NCBI GenBank assembly: GCA_001179505.1
Contig: CDMY01000831.1
Span: 124,001 to 188,000 of the forward strand
Length of the DNA stretch: 64,000 nt
Origin: Vitrella brassicaformis CCMP3155
Taxonomy: Eukaryota > Protista > Chromerida
Reading direction: 5' to 3'
How positions within the stretch are numbered: position 1 is the stretch's first letter; every line of letters begins with the position of its first letter. The notes beneath the pieces are model-generated. The model worked only from the letters and a program-made list of their open reading frames with translations, searched no databases and was not told the origin of the DNA. Below, one piece after another: positions 1 to 14,280 of this stretch. Made by a program: the position numbers and the translations under genes.

Positions 1-3000
1 CCGGAGAAAGGATACGCCTGATTGGGTCTGTGCTTTACACGTGTTCGGTGGTGCGTGGGCACAAGACGATTGTGCCTTTCTACCCTTCTGAGAGGCACTA
101 CCTCGAGCCGCTGGTGGCACTGCTGGAGGGGGCAGCTGCCAAGAGAGGGCAAGACGATGCTCAGAACGATACGTGTATGTAAGCCGAACACAGACACAGC
201 GGGAGAAGAGAGGGAGAGCAGTCGTCACACCGAAAAACGGCAATGGATAAGACAAGCATATGTGTGTGTGTGCGTGTGTGTGCGTGTGTGCAGGGCGTTT
301 GGAGTATGTGTTGCTTCTGTGGCTGTCGCTGCTGGCACTGCTGCCTTTTCAGCTCACAGATAGCATTGCCGACACCAGCCAAGGTGGGTCGAGGAGGGAC
401 AGTCGGGATGGATAAGGGTGAACTCACTATAGCAAACGCTGACTGATCGTGTGTGCATATCAGGATCGCACATGCTTCAGCGGCTGGTGCAGGTGACGCA
501 ACAATATCTCAGGTGTGCACACATCCACGAGTGACCCGCCACCCATGTACCCTATTGCCCTTGTCTCTGGACGTCAGCTCCCCTAGTCGAGTCCGCGAGG
601 CTGCGTCCGTCCTCCTGTCGAAAGTCTTCTCGCGACCCGACACACTGCCGTCCCCCGCCACACAGCCGGGAGGTGCCTCCCAGTGCCTGTTTGCGTCATT
701 TGTACAGTGGGCGCACGACAGGGCCACCCGGCGGCAGGCAATAAACGGCGAGGCGGCAGGCCCATGTTTGTCGGAATGGAACCACATGTCGATCATTGGA
801 GGTGAGGGTGTGTGGGTGGGCTGGGCTGCACACCTTCTACCTAAAGTCGTTTCGAACTTGTTGTTGTGGCTGGGCGGCTGTATGTGGCTGCATGCAGTGC
901 TGCAGGCGTTGAATGAGACGTTGAAGCGCACCATTGTTGCGGCGCTATCTCCCCTTGTACCGGCTCTCTACGGTGAGAAGGCCGCTCAGCGAGTGGACCG
1001 GCATCTTGTCAGTCGACCGATCGTGTGTGTGCAGGGTTGGTAGTCGTTGAGTGCGGCAAGATGTCCAACCCACCCTCACTCATCAGGTAAGCATCAGGCA
1101 GGGTAGAACAGCCGGCCACACAGCAGCACAAAGCACCATTCCTCTGCTTCCTGCCATCCATCCCTCCATCCATCCATCCATCGATTGATTGCAGAAAGTA
1201 TCGCTTGAGCTGCAGCTGCCGCATCGGCCTGGTCATCCTGCCACAGCGCATGGCGCCCTGGAGGTACCAGCACCACCCAACCCGGCTGCTGCCCAACGTC
1301 ACGGCCAACAGGCAGCCACATGATGGCGGAACCGCAGATGGGCGGCAGGGCGGCAGTGTAGCAACCACAGCAGTAGCAGTAGGAGCAGAAGAGGAGAGTG
1401 CTGACGAGAGTGAGCACGAGGGCTTGCTCGAGGACATATTCGACATCGTGCTGCAGGGGCTGCAAGACTCGGTACAGCCAGACAAGAGCCACTCACTCAC
1501 GACCAGGCAGGCATTCATGTATCTCTCCCTCTCTCCCTCTCTCCCTCCACCCTTTCAGGACACGATTGTTCGCTGGGCGGCAGCCAAGGCCGTCGGCCGC
1601 CTGTGCATGCAGCTGACGCAGTCCAGGGCGGAGCAGGTGATCGACTGGGTGTTGGAGGGATTCGGCTCGCCTCCGATCGGCAGCACCGGCAGTGAGGGAT
1701 GGCACTATGGGGCCCGCTCAACTGCGGGCGGTGCACCGGCGGCGTCTACATTGGGCCGGACGGGCCACGGGGCCTGCCTGGCCATCGCTGAGCTGCTGAG
1801 ACGAGGTGAGCCGACCGAGAGGGAGGATGTGCGTGTGTGAGAGCACAGACACATCTGTTTTTTGCTGTATTGGTTATAGGTTTGCTGGTTCCGTGCCGTT
1901 TGCCGACGCTGGTGCCCTTCATCACTCAGGTGTGTTTGTACAAGGAGCTGCACTAATGCACTGCTCAGCCAAGCGCCTGTGGCTGCCTGGATCGCATCAG
2001 GCGCTGCTGTATGACGTGCGGAGGGGGGCCCACACTGTGGGGGCGGCACTCAGGTGAGGTGGGTCGGCACAAGCTGACAGCACCGACCGACCGACCTTCA
2101 TCATCACATGTGAGTGTCGTCCCCCGCCGGTCCATCAGGGATGCGGCGTGCTACGTCTGCTGGGCCATCGCGAGAACTTATCCCGCAGCCCTTCTCGGCG
2201 ACGCCGCGCAGACACTCTTCACAACTCTCGTTCAGGTAGGCACCCGACCGACCAAGCGAGCTGAGAATGCATCCCTGTGTTAACTGCATATGCAGGTCGC
2301 CGTGTTGGATCGAGAAGTCAACTGTCGGCGTGCGGCATCGGCAGCTCTCCAAGAGTGGGTCGGCCGCCAGAGCACACGCGTCATCACCGACCACGCCCCA
2401 CCCACCGGCCCCTTCAGCCGCGGGCTGGAGGTCCTCACAGCGGCCGACTACTTCGCCATCGCATCAAGGAGCCAGGCATACCTGTCGGTGGCGCCGACCA
2501 TAGCGCGGCTGGACCCCGGCACGTATGGTGTGGCGCTGGTGTGGCATCTGGTGGAGTGCAAGGTCGGCCACCCAGAGCGGTCGCTGCGGGAGCTGGCCAC
2601 GCAGGCACTGCAGAGGCTCACGCCCATCGTCCTGCAGCACGTGCATCAGGTCCGCTGCGAAAGTGCTGCATGTGTCACGTCAGTGCACTCTTGTGTCTTC
2701 TGTTTGTGCTGCAGACGGTGCTGCCGTATGTTGTGTCGGCCTGTCTGCTGGGTCATCTGGACACTGAGACGCGCCACGGGCTCTTCCTGACAGTGGCAGC
2801 AATCATCGAGGGCAGCCGGCAACAAGACACCGGCATCGAGGCGATGCCCTCGCAGCTACAAACGGCAAGCGACACCCTCACCCACCCCACTGCTGATCCA
2901 TCTCCTGTGTGCTGTCTTGTGTGTCTCTTTGGTTGCATGCAGGAGGTCCGCAATCTGATCCCAAAGATGGAGAAGGCCCGTTTGTACCGCGGCAAGGGCG

Positions 3001-6000
3001 GCGAGATCATGCGCCACGCCGCCTGTGAGCTCATCGCCACCTTGGCGGGCGCGTCTGCCTGGTCGTTCAAGGACGCCACGGCCCAGCGGTACCTCCAGAC
3101 GGTTGAGGACTGCCTCAAACACTTCAACCCCAAGATACAGGTCGCCGCCAGCCACGCACTCGAGGCACTCGCAACCAGGTAAGCCAGCAGTGCAGCAACC
3201 AGCTGAGGCACCTACACATATGAGATGATCTGCGTGCATTTGGTGCAGGCGCTTGTCGCTGGACGCTGCGTGTGGTGTGGTGGAGCGTTTCCTGGATCTC
3301 CTGAGCCGGCCCGATCAGACAGTGGCCGCGAGGAGGGGGTACCTGCTGGGGGTGGCCCGGGGCGCCCCTCCTGTGCTCATACAGGCGGCTCCAACAGCTG
3401 ACGGCGAGAGGCAGCGAGCATTGCGGACACTCGCAGCCACGCTAGAGGTGAGTAAGGTGATAGTGACAACAGTCCATCTGATGTCAGTTTGGAGTCATTG
3501 GTTCCTCTGTACACTGCACATGTGTGGGGATTCGATTCAGCTGCTGCTGGAGGAGTGTCTGGGCCTGGTGTTGCCCGCATCCCAGTATCCCGATCTGGTG
3601 GACGCTGAGAGCCGCCGCAACGCCCTCCTGGCGCTGGGGTCCCTCCTGGAGACCCACATGGCCATCTGCCGTCAGGCACCTGAGCGTCAGTCGTCATCTT
3701 GTCGGTTTCGCGTGCCGTGGCCCCTGGTTTTCGAGGCACTCTTGGGGTGCCTCAAGGACTACCAGCTGGACTCCAGAGGTCAGCGAGAGAGGGAGGGAGG
3801 GAGGGAGGGGACACGATCCTCTGTCAACATGATGACACTGTGCGTGCGTGTGTGCAGGAGATGTTGGGTCATGGGTGCGCGAGGTCGCCATGGAGCTGCT
3901 GGTCCTCGCGCTCGAGAACCTGTCGACATCCATATATCATGACGACACCATGCCGCTGTGCAGCGAGGAGGGCAGCACGGCCCCGGCTGGTGTGGCCGAA
4001 GACACCCTGGTGCGGCTGCGTGTGTCGTTCATAGAGAGGGCGGTTTGTGGGCTGCTGCAGCAGGCCGTCGAGAAGATTGACAGGCCGCGGGGGCTGGCCT
4101 GCATGCTCCTGGCGAGGTACGTCAGACAAACCGGGAAATGACACGCGAACCTAGGAAAGCGACGCGTTTTCCGTCGTTTGTCTGTCTCTTCATGAGTCGA
4201 TGCAGGCTGTATTCTAGTAGCGGACCTGCTGAGCGCACGATGTTCCAGGTAGGTCACCTGGCATGCGTGGCACACACAGAACTCTCTCTCGTCATCAACC
4301 ATAAGGCATCTGTCGTCCCTTGTGCTGTCTGTCGGTCAGATGGCGTGGTCGTTCAATCGCATCTTCAGCAACCGATCCTACGACGACTCAGCCAGGACAA
4401 GCGACACACCCACGTCAGCGCAACACCCTCCCCCTTCCCCGGCATCCAACGGCACCACTGCCTTAGGCCCCCTCCCCTTCTGGGCGGACATAGCGGCGGC
4501 AGTGGCACCCATGACGCAGCGGGCAGCGGACCAGGACACACAAGACAGTGAGGAAGAGGCCAACAACGACACAGAGGGTGGAGCGGACCGGCAGGAGGCC
4601 ACGGCTATGACGGTGGGGATGGGCAACGGCCGGCTGAGCATGAGCATTGTGCTGGTGCCATGGTGCTGCCCCACCAACACATTCCCACACCTCCTCCCAC
4701 TCCTGCGCCTCGCATGCACACCGCCCTACGCCACCCCTGACGCCAAGAAGGATGCAGAAGCAGCGGTGACGGCCTCTGTGGGTGCGGTGTACCGTCACGG
4801 TCTCGTCCAGGGTCTGGCGCCATCTGTGGGCGGGCTGACGGAGTTCCTGGCCAAGGCGGCCGGGGACGCGCTCGTCCACGTGCTGACGACGCCATGCCGT
4901 GACGTCTCGCTCATTGATGCCGTGTCGGAGGACCTCATGCAGCTCCTGCACGACGCCATGCCGGCGCCACTGCTGCAGCGGTGTGGCGCCAAGGACAAGA
5001 CGGGCCAGGCGGCAGATGCAGCAGCAGACGGATGTCAGCGAGTTATCAAGGCGCTTGTGGCCGGGCTGTCCAGTGGTGGCGACACGGCTTCTTCATCTGC
5101 ATCGGGCCCGGCGAGTCCACCGAGAGCCGCCGGTGATTCTCGCCAGCTGCTGCAGGAGTCGCTGACCAAGGGATGGTGCAACAAGCATGGGAGCGCGTCT
5201 TCTCGCCTGATCACCCCGCTCATCGCCACCACGGCCTTCTGCATCTCACAGGCCGCATTCAACCCGAGACGAGGTAAGTCCACTGACCAACTCAACTGCA
5301 CAGGACTGACGCTGCCACTCATCATTTGGCTGACGTGTCGGCTTCTCTCCTTTCGTCTCATGCAGGGTGGGACGCTCTGGCGGCAGCGGCAGGCCGCACA
5401 GTGCTGTGTCGCGATGCGGGCCGCCTCCTGCGGATCGTCGGCCTGGTGGGCGCCCTCCTCTCAGTCGCAAACACCCCCCTGATCTCCCAGGACAGCAAGG
5501 GAACCAAAGCGGCCGTCGTCAGGAAGCGCAAGGGGCGGGATGAGGATGGGACATCGACGCGTGTGGACGGGATGAGTGTGGGGTCGAAGCTGAGGAGCGA
5601 TGGAGGCGCTGGGGGTACGGTGGGCGACGCCCTGGGCATGCATTTCTGGTCGTGTGGGGTGGCGGTAGGGCTGCGGCTGCTCGGACACAAGTAAGGAGCA
5701 ACCAGCGCCATGCACAGCACATGTCAGTCAAACGAGGATTTTTCTCTGTGTCTGTGTATGTGTCGTGCTATCAATCAGGTACCCGGTGGTGCGTCAGCGT
5801 GCAGCCGAGGAGCTGTACCTCCACCTCATCAGCCTCACGGCCACGGCCACCGATGCTGATGCTGCCTATGGAAAGGAGCACCCACCAGCTGCCGACCACC
5901 AAGCTGACCACCCAGACGAGCCGGCACACGCGGCACCCATGGAGATCGACACGGCAACAGAGCTCCTGATCCAGACACCCTGGTCAAACGAGAACGAACC

Positions 6001-6295
6001 TGCCGCCAACAATGGTGGTGGTGCTGCGGCCAACAGGAGAGGCAAGAGAGCATCCGCTGAGGTGCCTGGCATGGAGAGCGGTGCTGCTGGGGTGGGGGTG
6101 TCCGAGGCCATTGTGCGCTATGTGGTGGCTGCCGACGCGCCCTGCGGCGACGAGAACATGTGTTCTTTGTCGTACCTGCCGGCCCATCTGGCGGATGCCC
6201 TGGCCAAGATCTACTGTGCGATGGGCCTGGCCGCTCCTCCGGCACTGAGTGCGCGAGGCATGGCAGCCGGCGTAGAAGAAGCGATGAATGAGTAG
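1..6295 (+). CDS. TBCD: Tubulin-folding cofactor D (multi-exon, 5' end lies upstream of the window)
   Basis: Exons encode TBCD motifs in the expected order: VRGHKTIVPFYP (51-86), SRVREAASVLLSKVFSRPD, DTIVRWAAAKAVGRL, GHGACLAIAELLRRG, RRSIRDAACYVCWAIAR, DREVNCRRAASAALQEWVGRQ, ARRGYLLGV, DVGSWVREVAM, EKIDR, YPVVRQRAAEELY. Stop TAG ends at 6295. Confidence 0.93.
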
Positions 6296-6643
6296 GCAGT
6301 AGCTGGCAGTCAGAGTGTGCTTAGTCTGGGTAGCGAGATGCTAAGCTGGCAGAGAGAGTCAGACCGTGTGTGTAGATACATCTTATATAATTGCAGAGTA
6401 CATCTGCACGTCAAGCCTCTCCGTCTCAGCTATGAGGCTGTCACTGGCAACGCCCGACTCCACGCGATGTCGCACAATCATTTTAAAGCTCGCAATCAAA
6501 ACTCAGCCTTTTTCAAGAGAGCTGCATTTCCCAGTTTGAATGCGCCAGCAGATCCGCCTCCCGTCGTGTCCCCCAGCCGCCCACACTGGTGTGTCAAGCC
6601 ACCGTGATCCGATTCCCAGCGCATCTACCCGAATCTGTGTTGC

Positions 6644-9600
6644 ATGATGGCGTTGTCGAGTGATCTCCAGCAACTGAGTCAGCTCCTCCAGCAGACCCTC
6701 TCGCCAAATGTCGCCGACCGCAAGGCTGCCGAGGCGTCCCTGGCAGCCGCCAGCAAGCAGGACCAATTTCTGACCATCCTGCTGACCCTGCTGCAGACGC
6801 CCGATGTGCCCATGGCTGTGCGCCAGAGTGGCGCCATCTTCTTCAAGAACTACTGCCGCAAGGGATGGACCAGCGGCGACAACCCCGCCGAGGGCGGCAT
6901 ACGACCCGCCGACCGACTGCTGGTCAAGCAACATGTCCTCACACTCATGATGCACTGCCCCAAACAGGTGGGCGTGGATGCGATGCGTGTATGGCGCATG
7001 GGGCCTTCTCTCACTCTCTCTCTGCCTGCCTGTCTGTCTGGTACACTCAACTCATATGCATGTGTCTGTGTATGTGTATGTCTGCAGGTGCAGGCTCAGC
7101 TGAGGGACGCCGTGGCCCGCATAGCGGTGTCTGACTTCCCGTCGCAGTGGCAGGCGCTGCTGCCCGAGATCATCCAGAAGCACCTGGTGTCGAGCGACCT
7201 GCAGGTGCTCAACGGCGCCATGGACACCCTCGACGTCATCCTCCGCAAGTACCGCTCCGTCCACCGCAGCGAGGAGGTGCTGGCCGAGCTCAAGGGCGTG
7301 ATCCTGCAGCTGCAGGAGCCCCTGCTGACCATCTACAAGACGGCCTGCCAGCAGCTGGTGGGTGGCGGCGGCGTCGGCCAGGTGGAGGCCTACACGCGTC
7401 TGCTGCTGACGGCCTGCTGCATCTTTTACTCGCTGAATGTGGTGGATTTGCCCGAGTACTTCGAGGACCACATGCAGGAGTACTTCGAGGGATTCCTCAA
7501 GTTCCTCGGCTGGCACCATGACGCCGTCAAGGCTGCAGACGACGACAAACCTGGTAGGTGTGCGTCAGTCAGGACAAGACACGCACATTCACATGGTTGC
7601 CTTGACGTGGTGTGGTGTGCTAGGTATGTTGGAGGAGCTCAAGACGCAGATCTTGGAGAACCTGACCCTCTACTCGGACAAGTACCAGGAGGAGTTCGAA
7701 CCCTACGTGCAGCCATGCGTCAAGTCAGGTCAGTCAGTCAGTCAGTCAGTCAGGGGGTGGGAACAGACGCCACGCCCATCCACACACACACACACGCGCC
7801 TTTCCTCACTCACTCTGTGCCCGTGATGGCTGCTTCTGGTTCAGTGTGGGAGCTGCTGATGTCGCTGGACTCCCGTGAGTGCCAGGACGGCTTGGTGAGT
7901 GCGGGCGTGCACTTCCTCTCCACCGTGGCCCACACCAAGTGGACCCCTTCGCCGTTCGACGACCCCAACGTCCTCAGGGCCGTCTGCGAGAAGGTCGTAC
8001 TGCCCAACATCACTCTCAGAGACTCAGGTCAGCCCATTCACGGGCCCTGTATGTGTGTGGGGGGCGGATGTGAGTGTGTGTGTGTGCCTCTCTCTGGTTT
8101 GTGTGTAGATTTGGAGCTGTTTGAGGACAATCCTCAAGAGTACATCCGCCGCGACATAGAGTCGGCCGACCAGGACACGCGACGCCGCTCCGTCATGGAA
8201 CTCGTCAAGTCGCTCTCCAAGTTCTACGCTGACCAGGTCCCCCCCGGCCCGCCCCCAAGACACACACAACCATCCCCCATCCATCCATCCATCCATCCAT
8301 GTCTATGTCCCTCAGGTGACGGGCATCCTGGCCGAGTACGTCAACAGTCTGCTGCAGGTGCAGTCCAAGCCCGACGCCCCGCAGGAGAGCGAGAAAGCCA
8401 AGGACGCCTGTGTGTACCTCGTCATCGCCATGGCCGTCCGCAGCCAGTCCAGACTCAAGGGCGTCGTCGAGACCACCCAGAAGGTCGACGTCGCCGATTT
8501 CTTCAGGACCACACTCGCACCCGAGCTCACCGCCGAGCCCATCAGCACACGGCCCATCGTCAGGGCATCGGCCATCAAGTACCTCACCCTCTTCCGAAAC
8601 CAGCTCGACGCAACGTCAGCCGACCTCGGACGGACAACATGACGACTCTGCGGTTCTGGGCGGTCGCAGTGTCAGTGTGTGTGTGTGTGTTGATAGGGTG
8701 TTGGAGCAGATCTTGCCGTCGGTGTGCAGGCATGTGCTGCACGAGAAGGCTGTGGTGCACACCTATGCGGCGTCGTGCATCGAGCGGCTGCTGTCGATGA
8801 AGGAGGCCCTCGCCGTGCAGCCGGCCGGCACAGCGGGGAGGCGACGGTCGACGCCGCGACTCTACGTGCAGAACCTCAAGCCCACACTGACACAGGCACG
8901 TGTGTTGCACTCGCACACAGAAACACACAGAGGGAGGGAGACGGCCCATTTATCCATCCATCCATCCATCCATCCATGTGTTGTGCTGTGTCGCACTGTG
9001 TGTGTGCACACCACACAGGTGTTGGAGCCGCTGATTCAGATCGTATTGACGAAGCGGGGCATCCCCGAGAACGAGTATATCATGCGGTGCATCCTGAGGA
9101 TATTCACCTTCATGGGCGAAGAAGGTCAGCCATCCCTCCGCAGATCCACCCCCAACGTCCTCTCCATCTGTCTGTGTCTGTCTGTGTCTGTGTGTGCGTG
9201 TCTGTGTGTGTGTGTCAGCGTCTGGTTTGGCGATTCAGACCCTTGAGAAGCTGGTGGGTGTGGTCAAGGAGGTGTCTGCCAACCCCTCCAACCCCAAGTT
9301 CAACCACCTCCTCTTCGAAACCATCGCCACCATCGTCAAAATCACCGCACCCAAGACCCCCGATGGTACCTACGCACACCCACATCCCACGCACCCATGG
9401 AGTTGACGCACGTGTGTGTGTGTGTGTGTGTGCGTGTGTGCGTGTGTGTGTTGTGTGTATGTCTGCAGCTGTGGAGAGCATCTTGCTGCCGGTCTTGGCG
9501 GTCATTGTGCAGCAGCAGAACCACGACTTCGTCCCCTACTGCTTCCAGGTCAGTCACGTGTCTGTGGTGATGTGCATGGCCTCAACTCAAATGTGTGTGT

Positions 9601-11464
9601 GCAGATTCTGGGAGTGATGTTGGAGGCGAGCGTGAAGCCGTCCGCCAGCTACAACGAGCTCTTCAGCCACCTCATGAACACCAACCTCTGGTCGGCTTCA
9701 CAGGTAGGGATGCATGCCTTTGCAGAGACACACACCTTTTGGCAGATCAGATGACACAACCACGCACATCTCATCTCATCTCTCTATGCTATGCTATGTG
9801 TGTGTGAATCGGTTCTGTCCACCAGGCGAATGTGCCAGGTGTGGTGAATCTGCTGACGTCGTTTTTCAAAAAGTACCCCGTACTCACCGACCTCATCAGC
9901 AAACACATGCAGGTCGGTAAGGTACAGCTCAGCTGCCTGGCTGATCCGATGCACAGCCGTCTTTATGTGCATTTGATTTGCCCTCCCCCCCTCTATGCGT
10001 CTGTCTGTCTGTCTGTCTGCGTGTGTCTGTGTCTGTCAGGGTGTGTTTGAGCGTTTCCAGTACTGCCTGCATCACCGCAAGCTGGAGCCCTACGCCTTCG
10101 AGCTGCTCAACGCCATCTTCAAGTGGCTCCCATACAACCTCTACGCGCAGCACTTCCAGGCAAGACACGACACGACACCGCCAATCAAATCAAGCCACAC
10201 ACCACACCACACAGACGACATGACGTGTGTGGTGTGGTGTGGTGTGTTGTGGTGTTGTGTGGTGCCATCGGCTGACCTGACAGACATTGCTGACGGTGTT
10301 GTTGAGCCGGCTGCACACGGCCAAGAGCAACCCACGCCTCAGCCGAGACGCCATCATCTCGCTCTCATTCTTCACCGTACGTACACAGCGCAAAACATGA
10401 CAGACAGACAGACACGGGCAGGGCAGTGCAGCTCACCTGACTTGGCTTATCTGACTGACTGATCACCGTTGCAGTGCCACCACGAGGAGGTCATCATCCC
10501 AAAAATGCTCGACAAAATCCAATCAGGTAAATAGGGAAGAAACCCAGAGGCCCAAGTGGACGAGAGACGGTGTGTGTGTGTGTGTTGTGCGTGTCAGGCC
10601 TGACGACCAACTTCCTCACACACGTCTGGCTGCCAGCTGCGAAAAGTATCTATCACGCACACAGGACAGGCAGAAGACACACACACACGCACGGACAGAC
10701 ACCTGTGATAAGCGCAAGCGACCAATGCTCCGTCCTCTGCGTGTTGGTTGGCTGCTCGGCTGGCTGCAGCAATGAGCGATTTCGCGGACAAGAAGGTCAC
10801 CGTGCTAGCTCTCTCGCGGCTATGCAGCGTCCCGGTGGGCAACGAACGTGCCTGATGAGTGGCCATGGCCATGGCACTCTCTCTCGCTCTCTGTGTGTGT
10901 GTGTGTGTGTGTGTGCGCGTTGTGTGTGATGTGCTCCTAGGAGGTGGCGTCCAACGCCGAGTTGCTCAAGTCGTGTCTGGTGGTGATCGGCAGCCTCATG
11001 GGCCTCGGCATGGAAAACGGCACCATCGACCATGAAACCGACGAGGAAGAGGTAAGCTACAGTAGTGGGCAAACATAGCGACCAACACCTGGCCCTCGTG
11101 CGTCTGTGTGGTGGTGTGGTGTGATGCAGGAGCTGGGTCCGGTAGCTGACGGGCCCGACACGGGCATAGAGTTTGAGGTGGCTTACGCCAGGCTGCACTC
11201 GACGGACTACACATCCAAAGACATGGTGGGAGTGAGGGAGAGAGAGAGAGAGAGATGCACAACACAGCCCCGCCCATATATGTGTGTGTGGGTGTGCACT
11301 GCACTGCACAGGTGCCCGAGGTGAAGGACGTGTTGGCTTACGTCAAGACGTGCCTGCTCAACCACAAGGGGCTCATCGAGCAGATCGCCGCCTCACAGCC
11401 ACAAGTACCCGCTCCCACAGGGGACCAGAGCGCCCTACAGCCGCTCGCCAGACTCCTGCAATGA
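6644..11464 (+). CDS. CSE1: Exportin-2 / CSE1 / CAS (importin-alpha re-export receptor), multi-exon
   Basis: IBN_N start LQQTLSPNVADRKAAEASL...RQSGAIFFKNYCRKGW; DFPSQWQALLPEI; FYSLNVVDLPEYFEDHM; DLELFEDNPQEYIRRDIESADQDTRRRS; PENEYIMRCILR; NPSNPKFNHLLFETIA; DFVPYCFQ; FEVAYARL. Stop at 11462-11464. Confidence 0.95.
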
Positions 11465-12383
11465 TGAGTGAGTGACACTGAAGGAGTGAGTGACCCAGCC
11501 GGCCGGCCGGCCGTCCGGTGCAGGACTAGAAGCTGTAGATGACCCTCTCTCTCTCGTGTCATGTTCGTTCGTTGCATCTTTCTTGGTGTCCGTCCTCTCT
11601 GCCTGCATCTCTCTCTCTCTCTCTCCGTCCCCCTGTCTGTCTGTCTGTCTGTCTGCCTGTGTTTCTTGTCTACCCTCGTCTGTGTATCCCATGGAGTCGT
11701 CGTCAGTGTGCCTAGCGTAGGTGGGCAGGCCTGCCAGACAGACAGCCAGGCAGCCAGGCAGCCAGCCAGCCAGTCCGGACAGAATGCTATCTGTGGCAGT
11801 CTGCCTGCCTGCCTGTCTGTCTGTCCGCCTTTTAGATCTGTAAATAACTGACTAGCTGCCCACCCCCCCACTCACTCACACAAGCTGTCTTGTCGTCGTC
11901 TGTGTGTGAGGGGGAGTGAGAGAGAGGGGCGGAGGGAAGGCTGGCTGGACGGACGGGCGGACGGCTGTACGGCTGGATGGCTGGATGAGTGTGTCCCTTT
12001 GTCTTGTCTCTCTCTCTCTCTCTCTGTCTAGAGGAGCATTTTGCATTTATGCCAGTAACTCAGGTGGACGGACGGATCTCTGTGTGTGTGTGTGTGAATG
12101 CTTGCATTGCATCTATCTACCTATCTGTCTTGAGTGAAGTGCATACCTCGGTTTCCCTGCCGCCCACCGCACCGCCCATTCACCTCACCGGCTTGGCTTC
12201 ATCCAAAAGGTCGTGAACGCGTCTTGGCTTGATACACATGTGCTTGCAAGGACACAAGGCAAGTCGACACAGGCAGGCATCACACGAACAAGCCAGCGCA
12301 AAACTGTCTCAATCAGTCAGCAGTTAAACCGACACCATGCACCAAAAACGAGTCATCATTCCCTCAGCTGCCGAGGCGATCGA

Positions 12384-14068
12384 TCAGTTGATGCCCAGCG
12401 ACACCCACTGCTGGCCTGTCTGGCCGGTGACGTAGCCCAGTCGGCCCCACTGGAACTCACAGTCGTCATTGCCCTCCTCGTTGTTGAAGCCCTTCACCAC
12501 CCCCTCCAGCCCGTGTTGCTTCACCTCATCCAGCCGGGCGCCGTGCACCACCTCGCGGACCCCAAGACGCCTGTGCGTGTGGTGCTGGCCGGCATCGAGG
12601 GCGAAGCACTGCAGCTGCGGCCCACACACCATCTGCCCGTCCGGCCCCCGACTCCACCCGCCCACCACCTCCCGATTGCTGACCGTCTTGGTAGCCGCCC
12701 ACTTGACGAAATGCCCGACGGCCTCCCGGACGCGCCGCTTGATTGCCGATGCGTTGGTGAGGTAGCTGTCGATGGCGGTGAGTGCGGCGGGGGGGTCGTG
12801 CAGGAAGGCCCCGATCTTCCATGCGATGGCGGCGGCCTCCTGTGGTCCGAATGAGAGGTGGGAGGGGGAAGGAGGGTGGGGGATGGAGGCGTCCTCGTCG
12901 TTGTGGTCCACAAAGGGCAGGATGCGCGTCATGATGATGTCGGCGTCGCGCTGGGGGGCGAGGGCGGCGTTGATGGCGCCCATGACGACGAAGGGCAGCT
13001 CGTTGAGTACAACCACGTACTCCTTCAGCACCGCCTCACGCCGCTCGCGCTCAACGGGTGTGGTGGTGGGAAGCACGCTCGTCGAGAGGTCGGCTCCCGC
13101 CCGCAGCAGGGACCGCACCATCAGCTTGAAGTTGCGAATGCGCTCAGCTGTCTCGTCCCGCATGTCGTCGCCGTCGTCACCGTCCCACTCGTCAAGCAGG
13201 TCTTCCAGTCGTCTTGCGGCATGCCAGAGCGGCGGGGCAACAACCTGTGCAGGGTTGATGTCAGCGGGTGTGGCAAGACGCTCGCACAGGTAGTCCACCA
13301 CCCAGTGGTTGCCGTGAAGGGCGGCATACCGCAGTCTAGAACTCACCGTGGTCGCCGATACGGGGTTGCCGTACTGCACCAGGGTGTCCATGTACTCGTA
13401 GGTGAAGGCCTTGGACAGAAGGGGCCGTGAGAGAGCTGCCGTGAGCACCGCACTGCCAGTCAGTGACGGGTTATGCTGCAGCAGCCGGCGGGCCACTCGG
13501 ATGAGGGCATCGCCATAGGCTTGCGATGGCCGGAGGGGAGGGAAGCGGTGAAGGGGGAAGGATACATGGTCGACCTGATTTGTGGCTAACAGCACCTCCA
13601 CTGCGTCAATGTTGCCCGTCATGGACGCCACATTGATCGGCCTCATGCCCTCGTGATAGGGACGATGGAGGTTGACGTTGGCGCCGCAGCTGATGAGCGC
13701 CTGGAGTATGTCCCGCTGCAGTTGGCGTGACGACCACGGTGTGAGCAGCAGTGGCGTCTGGAGTTCTCCGAATCCATCCCCCACACAGGGGGGACGCTGC
13801 CGGTCGGGTCGTCAATCGCCAGCGACAGCAGCGGCATCCACTTGGTGCGTCGATGGACTCCAGATGCCTTATCGCGGAAGCCGACCAGTGTGTCGGGGTC
13901 GGCTCCTTTGGTCTGGATGAGTCGTGTGGCGATGGCGGGCGTCAGCTCACGGCGCAGAATGCGGTGGACGAGCCGCTTGGTGGCGGGGCTGGTGTTGTGC
14001 TGCCAGCAGAGGTCAATGCCGCCTTTCAGTAGAGGCGGCTGGGCGGTGCTATCGGGCTGATCGGACAT
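12384..14068 (-). pseudogene. Intronless lineage-specific ankyrin-repeat family protein with an apparent frameshift at about 13750-13800
   Basis: N-terminal ORF 14068-13643 (LLKGGIDL...WMPLLSLAID) and main ORF 13784-12384 (PWSSRQLQRDILQALISCGANVN, MRPINVASMTGNIDAVEVLL, YAALHGNHWVVDYL, IAWKIGAFL) are in different frames (284 nt offset) with no evident intron. Could be a pseudogene or an assembly indel in the C6/G5 runs. Confidence 0.7.
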
Positions 14069-14280
14069 GGTGATGCACTACGTCTGCAACACACACAGGC
14101 AGGACAACAGGCCTCATCAGCGCTTGCCTTTGTTGGTATCTCACGCGCATGCATTTCGTGAAGCCTACCTGATTGAATCAACAGTCGATGTGGTCGCCTG
14201 CTGCACTCGATGCCGTCACACAGAGCACGTCACACGGTGCATGGGGGGAGATCTCTCTATACTCCACTACTCTTACAGCT

